DNA from: a virus
Virus record (IMG/VR): IMGVR_UViG_3300038463_000401
Length of the DNA stretch: 64,000 nucleotides
Reading direction: 5' to 3' (one strand)
Position numbers and translations under genes: made by a program. Shown here one piece after another: positions 19,679 to 29,710 of the stretch (position 1 is its first letter; each line of letters starts with the position of its first letter). The notes beneath the pieces were generated by a model that was given only the letters and a program-made list of their open reading frames with translations, was not told the DNA's origin and ran no database searches.

Positions 19679-21252
19679 TGCCGTCTAGCCAATACCTCGA
19701 CTTTATCGGCTCAGTCTGGGAGAACCTCCCGGACGTTGATAAAGCACGTCTTGGCGAGCTCTGGTTCGGCTATGAGCGCGTGTTCGCGTCGGTCTACCAG
19801 ACGTTCATGGAGGCCCGGCTCAACATCGCCCAGCAGACGATGCTGCCGTATTCGACACAGCGCTGGCTGCCATACACGTTCGACAGCGCAACCTTCGTCA
19901 GCCAGCCCGCGGTGGTCACGTCGAATCAAGACCTATCCCTAGGGATCAACCTCGCTGTGCGCTCCTCGCTCTACATCAAGCTCAATGGCGGTGCGCCCGT
20001 CCTTGTAAATATACAAGGCCTGAACCCCGGCAGCACCAAGGTCACCGAGATCATAGCCAAGATCAACGCGGCTTTTAACTTCAAGTTCGCGGCCGGCCTT
20101 TTCAGCAATTCGATCTTGCAGCTCACGTCGAACATCTCTGGACTGTCCTCAAGCATAGAGATCCTCCCGACGCCGAACCCTATGCAGGACGCGTCAGAGT
20201 TTGTGCTTGGCGTCATGAGCCCGGCGCTATACCCGAAGTTCCCCTACATCTATTCGCTGCCCTACGGCAAAGCCGCGTCCATACCCACGATTCAGGACAA
20301 GGTCCGTGATGAGTCGGTTACTGTCTTTTTGCAAGAGACAACAGACTACGAGCTCCTGGGCAATAATCTTATTGCCTTCGCAGCCGAGCCCCCGGCGGCT
20401 ATGTGGGCGCGGCGCTCTCTTTTTGACCAAGAGAACCCGTGGAATAACTTTGGTTTTCTGATGGGCATTTACGAGACGAACTCGCCTCGTTATGTCGATG
20501 TTTTGCAGGGGTTGTGGTACGCATTCTGGACTGGGCCCACACCAAACAATGTGAGGAACTCCCTCTATCTGCTGTTTGGTTTACCAACCGCACAGCAGAA
20601 TGGGGTTGTGAGCGGCCTTACCGCGACGACGATCACGCTGACTAACGCAGACAACACCGTGTCTACGTTCTCCATTCCGGGTAACCTCGACGCAATGGTA
20701 GTTCTAGGCCAAGAGGTGAAGAAGTTTGACCCACTTGTAACCGGCATACAGGTTTTCGATAAAGTCAATTCCCCTGGGTTCATAACGGAACAGATCGGGC
20801 GTGCCGGTATACAGCGGTTCCTCTTGCCTGAGGCGACGCGCGGGCCAGGCGATACCGACGAGACCAAGGCTATGCGGATGCTCGAGGAGCACTGCTTCCT
20901 GCCGCAGATCTCAGTTAATGCTTTTATCAATCAAGATATTAACTTAGGGAATGTGACGACGTTCCTGAACGCTATCAAGCCGCTCAGCAAAACCTATCTG
21001 TTCCAGATCGTTGTCGGGAACTTCCTCGACCCGCTGGGCCTTGACGACATGGCTGATCCTTCCGTGGACATGGACATCACAGAGAACGTAGACTCCAACG
21101 AGACAACGCTCCAGCCATCCACCGTGCTGCTGCCCTATGAGACCAACCCGAACGTCGGGCTCAATCTGGACCAGAACGGTGTATTATTGGAGGAGTCCTT
21201 GGAAATCGACGTTTACAGCTTCGGCGTTTTGGTCGACTCTTTTACCGCCTGA
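19678..21252 (+). CDS. Putative baseplate wedge protein (gpI/gp7-like)
   Basis: QGLWYAFWTGPTPNNVRNSLYLLFGLP and FLNAIKPLSKTY patterns; synteny. Confidence 0.55.
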   Translation: MPSSQYLDFIGSVWENLPDVDKARLGELWFGYERVFASVYQTFMEARLNIAQQTMLPYSTQRWLPYTFDSATFVSQPAVVTSNQDLSLGINLAVRSSLYIKLNGGAPVLVNIQGLNPGSTKVTEIIAKINAAFNFKFAAGLFSNSILQLTSNISGLSSSIEILPTPNPMQDASEFVLGVMSPALYPKFPYIYSLPYGKAASIPTIQDKVRDESVTVFLQETTDYELLGNNLIAFAAEPPAAMWARRSLFDQENPWNNFGFLMGIYETNSPRYVDVLQGLWYAFWTGPTPNNVRNSLYLLFGLPTAQQNGVVSGLTATTITLTNADNTVSTFSIPGNLDAMVVLGQEVKKFDPLVTGIQVFDKVNSPGFITEQIGRAGIQRFLLPEATRGPGDTDETKAMRMLEEHCFLPQISVNAFINQDINLGNVTTFLNAIKPLSKTYLFQIVVGNFLDPLGLDDMADPSVDMDITENVDSNETTLQPSTVLLPYETNPNVGLNLDQNGVLLEESLEIDVYSFGVLVDSFTA

Positions 21253-21282
21253 TGTTACTCTGGAATCCTATTGGAGAAACGG

Positions 21283-21951
21283 ATGAAACGTGCTGCCCGG
21301 GAGTTAAAGGATAAGCTTAGCCCCAAGGGCCGCGTCGAGATCTTCATCTCGAGAGGGATGCCCGCGCTTAAGCTAGGCTTCCCGGTTGGAGATCCGTGCA
21401 ATAAGGTCTTCGAGTCCTGTGCGATTGACTTCTCTGGCGTGATGATGGTCCGCAGGCCGGAGATTTTAAACATCATCGTCAACCAGGGCAAGGATCAGGT
21501 CATCACCAACCTGACTCCTACCGGCGTAGTCTACCCGATCGTACGCATGTCGATCGGAGATCGCGGCACGATACCGTCTGACCAAACGGTGCCTAAGGTG
21601 CCAGTAGCCACGGCCACCACGCTATATGATGAAGTGTACCGGGATGACATCGACGCGACGGTTCTAAACGTCGGTACCCCGACAGTGCACCAAGTTCAGT
21701 TCGTCAAGGCATTTAGCTCTCTCGTCATTCCCCTCACATCCTTCTCAAACCAGGCCAATCCGATCGTTAATGAGGTGGGCCTGATCACCGCTAACCTCAA
21801 CATCACCCCACTGCCGCGCGCGCCTGTTGCTGCGCCGGCAACGCCGCCATCCGACGAGAAGCTCTTTGCCACGAGAACGTTTAACTCCGTCCCATTCCTG
21901 GCTGCGAACCAGATCGCAGTGACCGTCCGTTACACCATTTTCATCGAGTGA
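21283..21951 (+). CDS. Baseplate/tail-fibre attachment protein
   Basis: NIIVNQGKD...MSIGDRG...NEVGL...LFATRTF pattern seen at tail-fibre proximal genes; GGAG RBS before ATG 21283. Confidence 0.55.
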   Translation: MKRAARELKDKLSPKGRVEIFISRGMPALKLGFPVGDPCNKVFESCAIDFSGVMMVRRPEILNIIVNQGKDQVITNLTPTGVVYPIVRMSIGDRGTIPSDQTVPKVPVATATTLYDEVYRDDIDATVLNVGTPTVHQVQFVKAFSSLVIPLTSFSNQANPIVNEVGLITANLNITPLPRAPVAAPATPPSDEKLFATRTFNSVPFLAANQIAVTVRYTIFIE

Positions 21952-21958
21952 ACGAACT

Positions 21959-23497
21959 ATGTCCTCCTCAACACCAAATTTGGGCCTTGTTCTACCCGGG
22001 AACGGTGAAGACGTCGGGGATTGGGACGAGCCACTAAATACAAACTTTGGCATCATAGACACGCAGGTTGGCGATATCATCGCGGAGATCGCCGCAGCGG
22101 CGTCTGGCGTTGGCACGCTTTCCCAGTTCCTCGCAGTAAGCCTTGATCTGACTACCGGAGCCCTGCTCCCCGTGCCGGAAGTAGCCGAGGCTGAAAATAC
22201 CTTCCTCTACGGCTATCTCATAAACGGCTCTAGCACACCGAATTACAACCTTAAGCAGCAGTTGGATGCGGTGGGTACGGAGCTGTGGGGCGCGCGCGGC
22301 GGCGCGGCGTCACTCAAGGCGGCTGGAGCCTCCAGCGCTTTTGAGTTCCCTAACCAGCTGGTCTCCGGTCTATCCGGCGTGATCAGCAGCTCCCCTGTGC
22401 CTACGTTCGCCGGCTCCACCGGCCTGAACGTCCACATTGACGGCTCGACGACGCCACTCATGATGATGATCTCGGGCTATACGGCGCGCATTCGCACGCT
22501 CGCCCTTGCGACCGTCCCGTCTACGACCGGCAACGGTTATCTGGTCTGCGCGACTCAGCAGCCGAACGGCACGGTTGTGGTGGACGGCAGCGGTGGGACG
22601 AATGGCTCGACCGGCGCGGACACCCTCGGCAACATGACGTTGTTCACCGACCTCACCACAAACTTCACCACGCAGAATGTGCAGGTTGGCGACTACATCA
22701 CGCTGATCAACGGCAATGATGCGGGCACCTACCTGATCCAAGCGATCGGTGGCTCGTTGCAATCCCCTGGCAGCAACATCAACCAGCTGCAGATCGTTGG
22801 CAACTTCCCCGTGGGGCTACAGTCCGCTATCAGTTACCAAATCTTTGACCCGCTTGGCGTCGTCCTTAGCGTGGTCGCCCCCGCCGGCGCGGTGCCCGGA
22901 GCAGTCCCTTCTAACTCGCTGGCGATCGCCGAAGCGGATGTTTCAGGTGGCACCATCAGCGCGGTACGTCCTAGGAACTACAAGAACGACTTCATAGGCG
23001 CTTGGCAAGCGGTGTCCGTCGCAGGCCCGGTGATAATGCCGGAAGTGATCTATACCCACTACCTCGGCACGGACAAGCTCGATATCGCTGTGCAAATCTC
23101 CCAGGCCAATGATGGCAGCGCCCCGGTGGAAGAGATCGCACTCGGCCAGGTCTCGAACAACCTGTCAGTGGCAATCACGAATGCGCTGACCCTGACGCTC
23201 GCGACTCTGGGTCAGATCAGTCCGTCTAGCGGAACCCTGACTGGCGCGCCAAGCGGCTCCTTGGCCAACGCTCTGGCTACTGGCTCTCCGCCTGCGGCTA
23301 ACTTCGAAGCGCTCAGCGGCTCGATCTCCGCTGCCCTGTCTGGCACTGTAATCGAAACCCGCTCTCTAGCCTTAAAGTGGGATCGCAACAGTGTCCACGT
23401 CAAAGGCCTAGTGTCAGGCATCCTCTATACAGACTATACCGGGACTGCGCAGACCGCTGGCTACCTACGCGTGGTCGCTCGCAGAAGAGGATATTAA
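21959..23497 (+). CDS. Tail fibre / baseplate structural protein
   Basis: N-terminal TPNLGLVLPGNGEDVGDWDEPLNTNFGIID, typical of tail-fibre N-termini. Confidence 0.6.
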   Translation: MSSSTPNLGLVLPGNGEDVGDWDEPLNTNFGIIDTQVGDIIAEIAAAASGVGTLSQFLAVSLDLTTGALLPVPEVAEAENTFLYGYLINGSSTPNYNLKQQLDAVGTELWGARGGAASLKAAGASSAFEFPNQLVSGLSGVISSSPVPTFAGSTGLNVHIDGSTTPLMMMISGYTARIRTLALATVPSTTGNGYLVCATQQPNGTVVVDGSGGTNGSTGADTLGNMTLFTDLTTNFTTQNVQVGDYITLINGNDAGTYLIQAIGGSLQSPGSNINQLQIVGNFPVGLQSAISYQIFDPLGVVLSVVAPAGAVPGAVPSNSLAIAEADVSGGTISAVRPRNYKNDFIGAWQAVSVAGPVIMPEVIYTHYLGTDKLDIAVQISQANDGSAPVEEIALGQVSNNLSVAITNALTLTLATLGQISPSSGTLTGAPSGSLANALATGSPPAANFEALSGSISAALSGTVIETRSLALKWDRNSVHVKGLVSGILYTDYTGTAQTAGYLRVVARRRGY

Positions 23498-26400
23498 GTG
23501 ACAGCCAACAAAATAAATGGCTACGGCGCCCCGTATCGCTCCCAGACTTTTCAGGAGCAAGCGAGCTATCAGACCAACCGCAACGGTCTGCTCGCTGTGT
23601 CCGCGCCGGTAACAAGCGGCGGCGGCACAGTTACGGTGCCAGAGTTCTCCTTTATTCAGAATGGCTTGATCGTTGATACAGAAGGCACGCGCACGTTTTC
23701 CGTGCCCAGCCTTGCGGCACCCTACTACCTCGTAGTCACCGCGCCAACCCCGTCACAGCTTGATGACCTGCTGTTCTCGTTTGCAAAGACCCCGGAGGAC
23801 CTGACAACCAACGATATTATTGTCGCGGCATATGACGGCTATGAGTGGCGCTCGCCGCAGCTTTTAAGCGTCGATGGGGTTTATAAGGACATCGACCAGG
23901 CCAACATCGACTTCGGCAGAGTAGGTCCGTACTCTGGCCTTCAGACCACGCTAAGCGGGTCTAACTACCTGAATAGCCCTGGCGTCATAGTAGACCCTAA
24001 TGGTCTGCGTCAGGAGCTGCTCAACCAGGCGTCGTTTCCGGTTGTGGTTACCGATCCCGACTATCCTCGGGTAGACCGCATTGTTTACCGCAAGCCCGCG
24101 GACTCGCCAAACCGCATAGGGATCCGTGAGTTTTTGCTCGGAGGCACCTATGCTGCATCCCCGCAGTCAAGCCATGGCGCAGTAGCGCTTGCCAACACCA
24201 AGGTTCACGGGCCGACCAAAGTCCTCATCGGCACAGATAACGCCGCGCACGTTCTCTGCGCGACGGGGTATGGCGGATCATTTCAGATTTTCTACACGAA
24301 GATCAGCTCCGACCGAACGACGATGCTAGTTGCACCGATGGCCTTACAGGCCACCACTGAGAGCGGCTTTGACGCGGCGATTGATGGCTCGAACAACATC
24401 CATCTGATCACCGTCAACAGCAGCCATATCTATTATGCGAAGTATGGCCCGACCGGCTCCAACTTAGTGGCTGCGACGCTGATCGATGCGCAAGTAACAC
24501 CGAACACCAATCCGACAGTATCGATAGACCCCGCGAACACGAAGGTGTTCGTGGCCTATCAGAGCCTGCTCGGCGCGTCGAATAATCAGATCTTTTTCAC
24601 GACGCGCGACCTGAGCGGCAACCTGATTACGGCGCCCGCGAATGTGACCGGCAACGCCTCCAATTTGCAGACCCCGTCTATCTTCGTCACTGGCGACTTG
24701 ATCGTCTATATAGCCTGGTGCGATACCACACTGGCTAAGATTTACTTCCAAACGTTCACCGATATCGGCGGCGCGCTAACCTCACCGACTTACGTATCTG
24801 GGGCAGTAAACCGCATCGGCTACAGTGCACTTACCGATGGCGCACTAGCCCCCAAGGTTTGGGTCACCGACAACCAGAGCGTGTTCGTCACCTTCCTGCA
24901 GAACAAGGGCTCCTCCCTCTATGGGTTGTCCATCTGGAATGATGGCGTCTCGTTCATGCAGACGCTGCTGGCCAGCGGCGAGAACTTCACCGCTTACGCG
25001 TTGTATGTGGACTCCACGTTTAATGGTGTCGACCTAGTATTGGCGCAGGCCTCGACGACTGATTACGTCAAGCTTGCCGGTGTGAACGTTACGTTTACAC
25101 TGAACCTGGCGGGAACTGCGGCTGCCAGTGTAGCGACGGTTCGCGACGCGCGCGGCTCTATGTTCCATGCATGGGCTGATCCGCTGGCGTCGGGGTTCCA
25201 GACTGCATACACGACCGCGTCCATCAAGGATATTGGCCCTGACGTTTTAAACAACACCTATACCGTGGTGCTGACCTCCAGCCAGCTCTTGATCCTCAAG
25301 TCGCTCTTCAGCGGCGAACAACCGCAGATCGGCGACCAGGTTACGGTCAGCGGCTCCGGCGCTGGCAACAACGGTGCCAAGACGATCTCTCTAGTCGAGA
25401 CTGTAAGTTTCGTCACGACCAACGACTACTACCGTATCACCGTCACTGCGCCGTTCGCCTCGGTCGAGCACTTACCGCCGTCGACGCTTGGCGCCTTCGC
25501 TTCGCCAAATGGTAACGCGTTACATGTGCTAAAGAGCACGTCTGAGCTGACCACTAACGCATTCCAGCTAGTTACGATGGCCACGGATTTGCTGCTCGCC
25601 CGCATCAGCATGCCAGGCTCCCACATCGTTAACTACTTGCCGCCTGGCGTGACGGTCGCCCTCGATGCCACGCTATTCGTGCCGCACGGCAATAACGTCT
25701 CTATAGACTGGGGCGCGACGACTTTAGGGGACCTGACCATCTCCGGTGGTCTGCAGCTTCTGGACATGCTCCACGATCAGAACTACACGCTGGTTGATGG
25801 CTCCTATCCAATGGTAGATGACGACGCGCTGTATGTAGTTTGCGATGGCGTGGATTTTGCCCCCACCCCGCAAGTCACCGCAGTCAATACGCTTCCGTTC
25901 AGCACTCCGATCATCGTGCTTGGCGTCACCAGAGATGGGAAGTTCAACCCCGCGTTGCTCGCGGTGGCAGCTATCACCCAGCTAGACGTCGGCGAAGTAG
26001 ACGTCGTAGGCGAAGACCTCCCCCTAAGCCAGCGCGAGCGGCTCGGTATCCTGAGCGAGACCTCATACCGACCATACAGCGTCGGCACTGAGTACGTCAT
26101 CAATGAGGGCATGGACCATGCCCAAGCGATCGGCGCACTCGACACACAGATTGGCGCAATCGTAAACAACAACCCCAAAGAAGCGTACTGGATCGGCGAT
26201 GGCTCGACGACGATCTTCGACATCTCCACGGCAACGCTGACCAACGGCACGTTTGCCTGGTTGAACGATGCTACGCACCCGGACATCACTTGCGACTACG
26301 ACGGCCGTAAATTGCCGTTTGACCCTCTGTTCGCTAATGGCGGTTTCCGCAAAAACTCCACGACGGCCATCCAGCTAGCCGCGGCGCCTGACATAGGGAC

Positions 26401-27454
26401 GTTGGTCACGGTTCGTCGCGAAGGCACATCGACCGGTGGCGTGCTACCGCCAGCGCCGGGCAACCTCTGGTCCGACCAGGTCGACCACGACATCGTCCCG
26501 CCAGCGGACACTTACAAGGTTGGCACGGCCTCCTCTCCGTTTGCAGAAATGCACACGGATAACGGCTTTCTTAAACAGCTATCTATTGCCACTGCGCTCG
26601 GGAACTGCACGCTGCTTCGCACCAAGACGAACGGCGCGGGCACCACAATCGCCGCGGGCTACCCCGTCTCTCTTTATTCGGATGGGCAGATCTACCCCGG
26701 CATGGCCCTCGGTGCGCCAAACGTCACCTCATATGGTATCGCGCTCCAGGCGATTGCTCCTGCCGCCCAGGGCAAGGTTCTTCTATTCGGCCTGGCAGTT
26801 CCCGGCGTCCTTACCGGCCTGGGCTTCTCGCCTGGCGATACGGTCTATATCTCCGAGACTGGCACATACACCAATGGCTCGACCGGCCTCGGGGATACCG
26901 GCGATGTCATCGCTAGGATCGGCTGGGCTGACTGCGCGGATGCAACCGTATCTGGAACTGCAGTCGACCTCGTTCTCAATTACGAGAAAATTCTCGAAGT
27001 TGAGAATCCGGCCGAAGACCGCATCCTTACAGTCTCAGGGCAGACCGACTATAACTTGCCCACGCTGGTGCTCAGCGCCGACAACTCCATTCTGGATTGC
27101 CAGCTCTGGTACGACACTGGCTACCAACGGCTTGACGGCTCTGGTAGTGAGGGGTTCAAGAAGCTTTCGACCACGTCCATCCGACTGTCATCCGCCCCAA
27201 CTGACGACGGACGCGAGATGGTCTTCCGCAAGGAAGGCATCGCGATCACCACCTCGGGCGGGGGCTCGTTCGATATCGCTAACATTGTGGAATCCCCGCA
27301 ACCGTCCCCGTCCTTCGCGGGCTCGCTGGACATCGGCAGCCTGACCAGGCCATGGTCTGGTATCATCGTGAAGGACGATACGACCAACCAAGTCTGGCGT
27401 TTATCCATCGATAGCGGCGTGATCCAAGCCGTACAAATAGGTACGTACCCATGA
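23498..27454 (+). CDS. Large multidomain virion structural protein (propeller-like repeats, GDG.TT.F domains, beta-clip domain)
   Basis: 1318 aa, Thr/Ser/Gly-rich beta character; domains shared with ORFs 27451, 29434 and 29711. Confidence 0.6.
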   Translation: MTANKINGYGAPYRSQTFQEQASYQTNRNGLLAVSAPVTSGGGTVTVPEFSFIQNGLIVDTEGTRTFSVPSLAAPYYLVVTAPTPSQLDDLLFSFAKTPEDLTTNDIIVAAYDGYEWRSPQLLSVDGVYKDIDQANIDFGRVGPYSGLQTTLSGSNYLNSPGVIVDPNGLRQELLNQASFPVVVTDPDYPRVDRIVYRKPADSPNRIGIREFLLGGTYAASPQSSHGAVALANTKVHGPTKVLIGTDNAAHVLCATGYGGSFQIFYTKISSDRTTMLVAPMALQATTESGFDAAIDGSNNIHLITVNSSHIYYAKYGPTGSNLVAATLIDAQVTPNTNPTVSIDPANTKVFVAYQSLLGASNNQIFFTTRDLSGNLITAPANVTGNASNLQTPSIFVTGDLIVYIAWCDTTLAKIYFQTFTDIGGALTSPTYVSGAVNRIGYSALTDGALAPKVWVTDNQSVFVTFLQNKGSSLYGLSIWNDGVSFMQTLLASGENFTAYALYVDSTFNGVDLVLAQASTTDYVKLAGVNVTFTLNLAGTAAASVATVRDARGSMFHAWADPLASGFQTAYTTASIKDIGPDVLNNTYTVVLTSSQLLILKSLFSGEQPQIGDQVTVSGSGAGNNGAKTISLVETVSFVTTNDYYRITVTAPFASVEHLPPSTLGAFASPNGNALHVLKSTSELTTNAFQLVTMATDLLLARISMPGSHIVNYLPPGVTVALDATLFVPHGNNVSIDWGATTLGDLTISGGLQLLDMLHDQNYTLVDGSYPMVDDDALYVVCDGVDFAPTPQVTAVNTLPFSTPIIVLGVTRDGKFNPALLAVAAITQLDVGEVDVVGEDLPLSQRERLGILSETSYRPYSVGTEYVINEGMDHAQAIGALDTQIGAIVNNNPKEAYWIGDGSTTIFDISTATLTNGTFAWLNDATHPDITCDYDGRKLPFDPLFANGGFRKNSTTAIQLAAAPDIGTLVTVRREGTSTGGVLPPAPGNLWSDQVDHDIVPPADTYKVGTASSPFAEMHTDNGFLKQLSIATALGNCTLLRTKTNGAGTTIAAGYPVSLYSDGQIYPGMALGAPNVTSYGIALQAIAPAAQGKVLLFGLAVPGVLTGLGFSPGDTVYISETGTYTNGSTGLGDTGDVIARIGWADCADATVSGTAVDLVLNYEKILEVENPAEDRILTVSGQTDYNLPTLVLSADNSILDCQLWYDTGYQRLDGSGSEGFKKLSTTSIRLSSAPTDDGREMVFRKEGIAITTSGGGSFDIANIVESPQPSPSFAGSLDIGSLTRPWSGIIVKDDTTNQVWRLSIDSGVIQAVQIGTYP

Positions 27455-28014
27455 CAGTTTACGCAAAAATGCGCGTCGACGGGCTTATCCTCAACCCGGT
27501 GCCTGCGTCCAGCGCGGGCGACGGGGAGATGTATAACGACCAGGACAGCACCCAGATATCCGTCAAAGGATCTGGCAGTGACACAACGCCGATTGGTCCC
27601 TCAGGAAGTAGCAGCAGCCCGCTCATCAAGGTGATGGAGAATCTCTCTGGCGGCGATATCCCTGCGGGCTCTGACGTCTGCAAGCGACCCGACGGCTCAA
27701 TCGCCATGGCGAGCAGTGACACCCCGGGCTTCGAGAACGTGATCGGGATCGCGAACGTCGACATCCCAAATGCGGCCACCGGCGCGGTCGGCCTGCTCGG
27801 CCCGAATTTCCCCGCAGTGCTTACTGGCCTAGGCTTCACTCCCGGGGACATCGTTTACATGGCGGAAAGCTCTGGCCAGTACACGAATGACCTGACCACT
27901 TTTACAAACAGCGACAGAATCGTTCAGGTCGGGATCGCGGATTGTGCAGCGGGCACAGCGAGCACTACAGTAACAGATCTACTCGGCGTCCTCGTTTCGG
28001 AGGTCGTCCCTTAA
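27451..28014 (+). CDS. Beta-clip (decoration/cement-like) domain protein
   Basis: GIANVDIPNAATGAVGLLGPNFPAVLTGLGFTPGDIVYM is closely paralogous to GIALQAIAPAAQGKVLLFGLAVPGVLTGLGFSPGDTVYI in ORF 23498. Confidence 0.55.
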   Translation: MTVYAKMRVDGLILNPVPASSAGDGEMYNDQDSTQISVKGSGSDTTPIGPSGSSSSPLIKVMENLSGGDIPAGSDVCKRPDGSIAMASSDTPGFENVIGIANVDIPNAATGAVGLLGPNFPAVLTGLGFTPGDIVYMAESSGQYTNDLTTFTNSDRIVQVGIADCAAGTASTTVTDLLGVLVSEVVP

Positions 28015-28023
28015 GGAGAACAC

Positions 28024-28209
28024 ATGGCTAAGAAGAAAAAGAAGGCGGTCAAGGCGAGAGAGCCTAAAGAGGCAGTAGAGTTCCGTCGCAATATCATGCT
28101 GAAGCAGCGAGTTCAAGAGTTTACCGACGCGCTGCAAAAAGAGATCACCCAGTACGGCATCAAGGGGAAGGATCTAACGGTTACGGTGCATCTTCAAATT
28201 AAAACATAG
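28024..28209 (+). CDS. Small basic hypothetical protein
   Basis: Strong AAGGAG RBS; fills the gap between structural genes. Confidence 0.65.
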   Translation: MAKKKKKAVKAREPKEAVEFRRNIMLKQRVQEFTDALQKEITQYGIKGKDLTVTVHLQIKT

Positions 28210-28218
28210 GGGCCCTAA

Positions 28219-29373
28219 ATGTCCGCAGCGAACATCCAATACTTCACATTCGTAAACGGCGTTGGTCGCGAGCTTCAAAACTCGAAGAACCAAGAGCCGA
28301 TCTTCTTGACCGTCTCGGTGTCTTCTGATGGCACCGATCAAGGCACGAAGATTACGTGCGTGAGCGGGAAGTTCGACTTCAACGGCAAAGTGCTGTCGAA
28401 CGCTGCTGCGGGCACTGGCACGGGCCAAGTCCTAATCTGGGACCAGATCGGCGCGAATAGCGGCGTCGCGGGCCTAGACTCGGGCGGCAAGATCCCGCTG
28501 GGTCAGCTGCCTGCTTCCTTGATGGAATACAAAGGCACGTGGAACGCCACGACTAATAGCCCCAGCCTCGCTGATGGAACTGGCGTGTCGGGCTACTTCT
28601 ACCGCGTCCAGACCGCGGGCACACAAAACCTTGGCTCAGGCAGTCAGACCTTCATCGTCGGCGACTGGGTCATGTATAACGGCGCGGTCTGGCAGCTGGC
28701 GCACGCCGGCGCGGATGCGGTCGTCTCGGTCAACGGCCAATCAGGCGTCGTCAGCCTGACCACGGACAACGTTCCTGAAGGCTCGACGAACCTCTATTAC
28801 ACGGCGGCTAGGTTCAACACTGCCTTCAGTGGCAAGTCGACGACTGACCTAGCTGAAGGAGCGAACCTCTACTTCACCGGCGCGCGCGCTGTAACCGCGG
28901 TTGTCGTCTCGACGGTGACTAGCGGGGACACGACCCATGCGCCGTCCGGCGATGCAGTGTTCAACGCCATTGCCGCGGCAACTCCGACGCCTGCGGTCAG
29001 CTTGACTAACAACCAGGGTTCGACCGTGACTGTGCGTCAGTGCGCGTTCATGGATGCCTTCGGCTCAGCCAAGTTGCTAGGTGCAGGCGTCGCGGGCGTC
29101 ACCCCGGACACCCTCTTCCTCCTGGTGAAGGACGCGAGCATCGCCAACACGGTAGCAGGTAACTATTACCTTCCTGGCCAAGTCGTTTCTGGCTTCAGCG
29201 GCGGTTCGTTCACGGTTGGTCTGCCGGTCTATGCGTCGAAAGCCACGCCCGGCAGCTTCCAGCAAGACCAGACAGGCATGGGCACTGGGGACAACGTGAT
29301 CAGCCTCGGCGTCGCGACCTCCGCTACGGCCCTCTTGTTCAACCCGCAGTTCCTCTACCAGATCGGCAGCTGA
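28219..29373 (+). CDS. Fibre/decoration protein
   Basis: Fibre motifs GVAGLDSGGKIPLGQLP, VVSVNGQSGVVSL, repeated TD.L.EG..NLYF/YT; C-terminal beta-clip-like domain. Confidence 0.6.
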   Translation: MSAANIQYFTFVNGVGRELQNSKNQEPIFLTVSVSSDGTDQGTKITCVSGKFDFNGKVLSNAAAGTGTGQVLIWDQIGANSGVAGLDSGGKIPLGQLPASLMEYKGTWNATTNSPSLADGTGVSGYFYRVQTAGTQNLGSGSQTFIVGDWVMYNGAVWQLAHAGADAVVSVNGQSGVVSLTTDNVPEGSTNLYYTAARFNTAFSGKSTTDLAEGANLYFTGARAVTAVVVSTVTSGDTTHAPSGDAVFNAIAAATPTPAVSLTNNQGSTVTVRQCAFMDAFGSAKLLGAGVAGVTPDTLFLLVKDASIANTVAGNYYLPGQVVSGFSGGSFTVGLPVYASKATPGSFQQDQTGMGTGDNVISLGVATSATALLFNPQFLYQIGS

Positions 29374-29381
29374 TGCTACTG

Positions 29382-29417
29382 CCGGGGCGCCTGCATATAG
29401 CAGCGCCCCGGTTTATT
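29382..29417 (+). terminator. Intrinsic terminator
   Basis: CCGGGGCGC...GCGCCCCGG stem followed by TTTATT, just after the stop of ORF 28219. Confidence 0.75.
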
Positions 29418-29433
29418 CTAACTGGAACACAGA

Positions 29434-29703
29434 ATGACGGCACGCTACACACAGCTCTACGGCGCGGATGGCACCAAAAAAGGCGTACCTTATCCTGGGT
29501 TTAAGGATCAGACGTTTACTGGCGGCGGGGCAACGTTCACCCTTACGGAAACCTTCGATGCAGACAACTGGTTCGACGTGTGGGTAGACGGCATCTTTCA
29601 GGACCCGAGTGCGTGGTCAGTTACCGTTGGCGCGAATACAATAACCCTGGCAAGTTCCGTAGCATCCGGGAGAGCGGTTCGGGTTAGAATCTATCTGCAC
29701 TGA
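29434..29703 (+). CDS. Small single-domain virion protein (F.G.G.TF.L...V.VDG..Q domain)
   Basis: Same domain as the C-terminus of ORF 29711 and two segments of ORF 23498. Confidence 0.6.
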   Translation: MTARYTQLYGADGTKKGVPYPGFKDQTFTGGGATFTLTETFDADNWFDVWVDGIFQDPSAWSVTVGANTITLASSVASGRAVRVRIYLH

Positions 29704-29710
29704 GGGGCCT

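Noticed and set aside
3230-29703. Interpretation as a tailocin, eCIS or T6SS locus
   Set aside because: A portal-like gene, dedicated RNAP, sigma, helicase and homing endonucleases in the same contiguous region indicate a phage genome.
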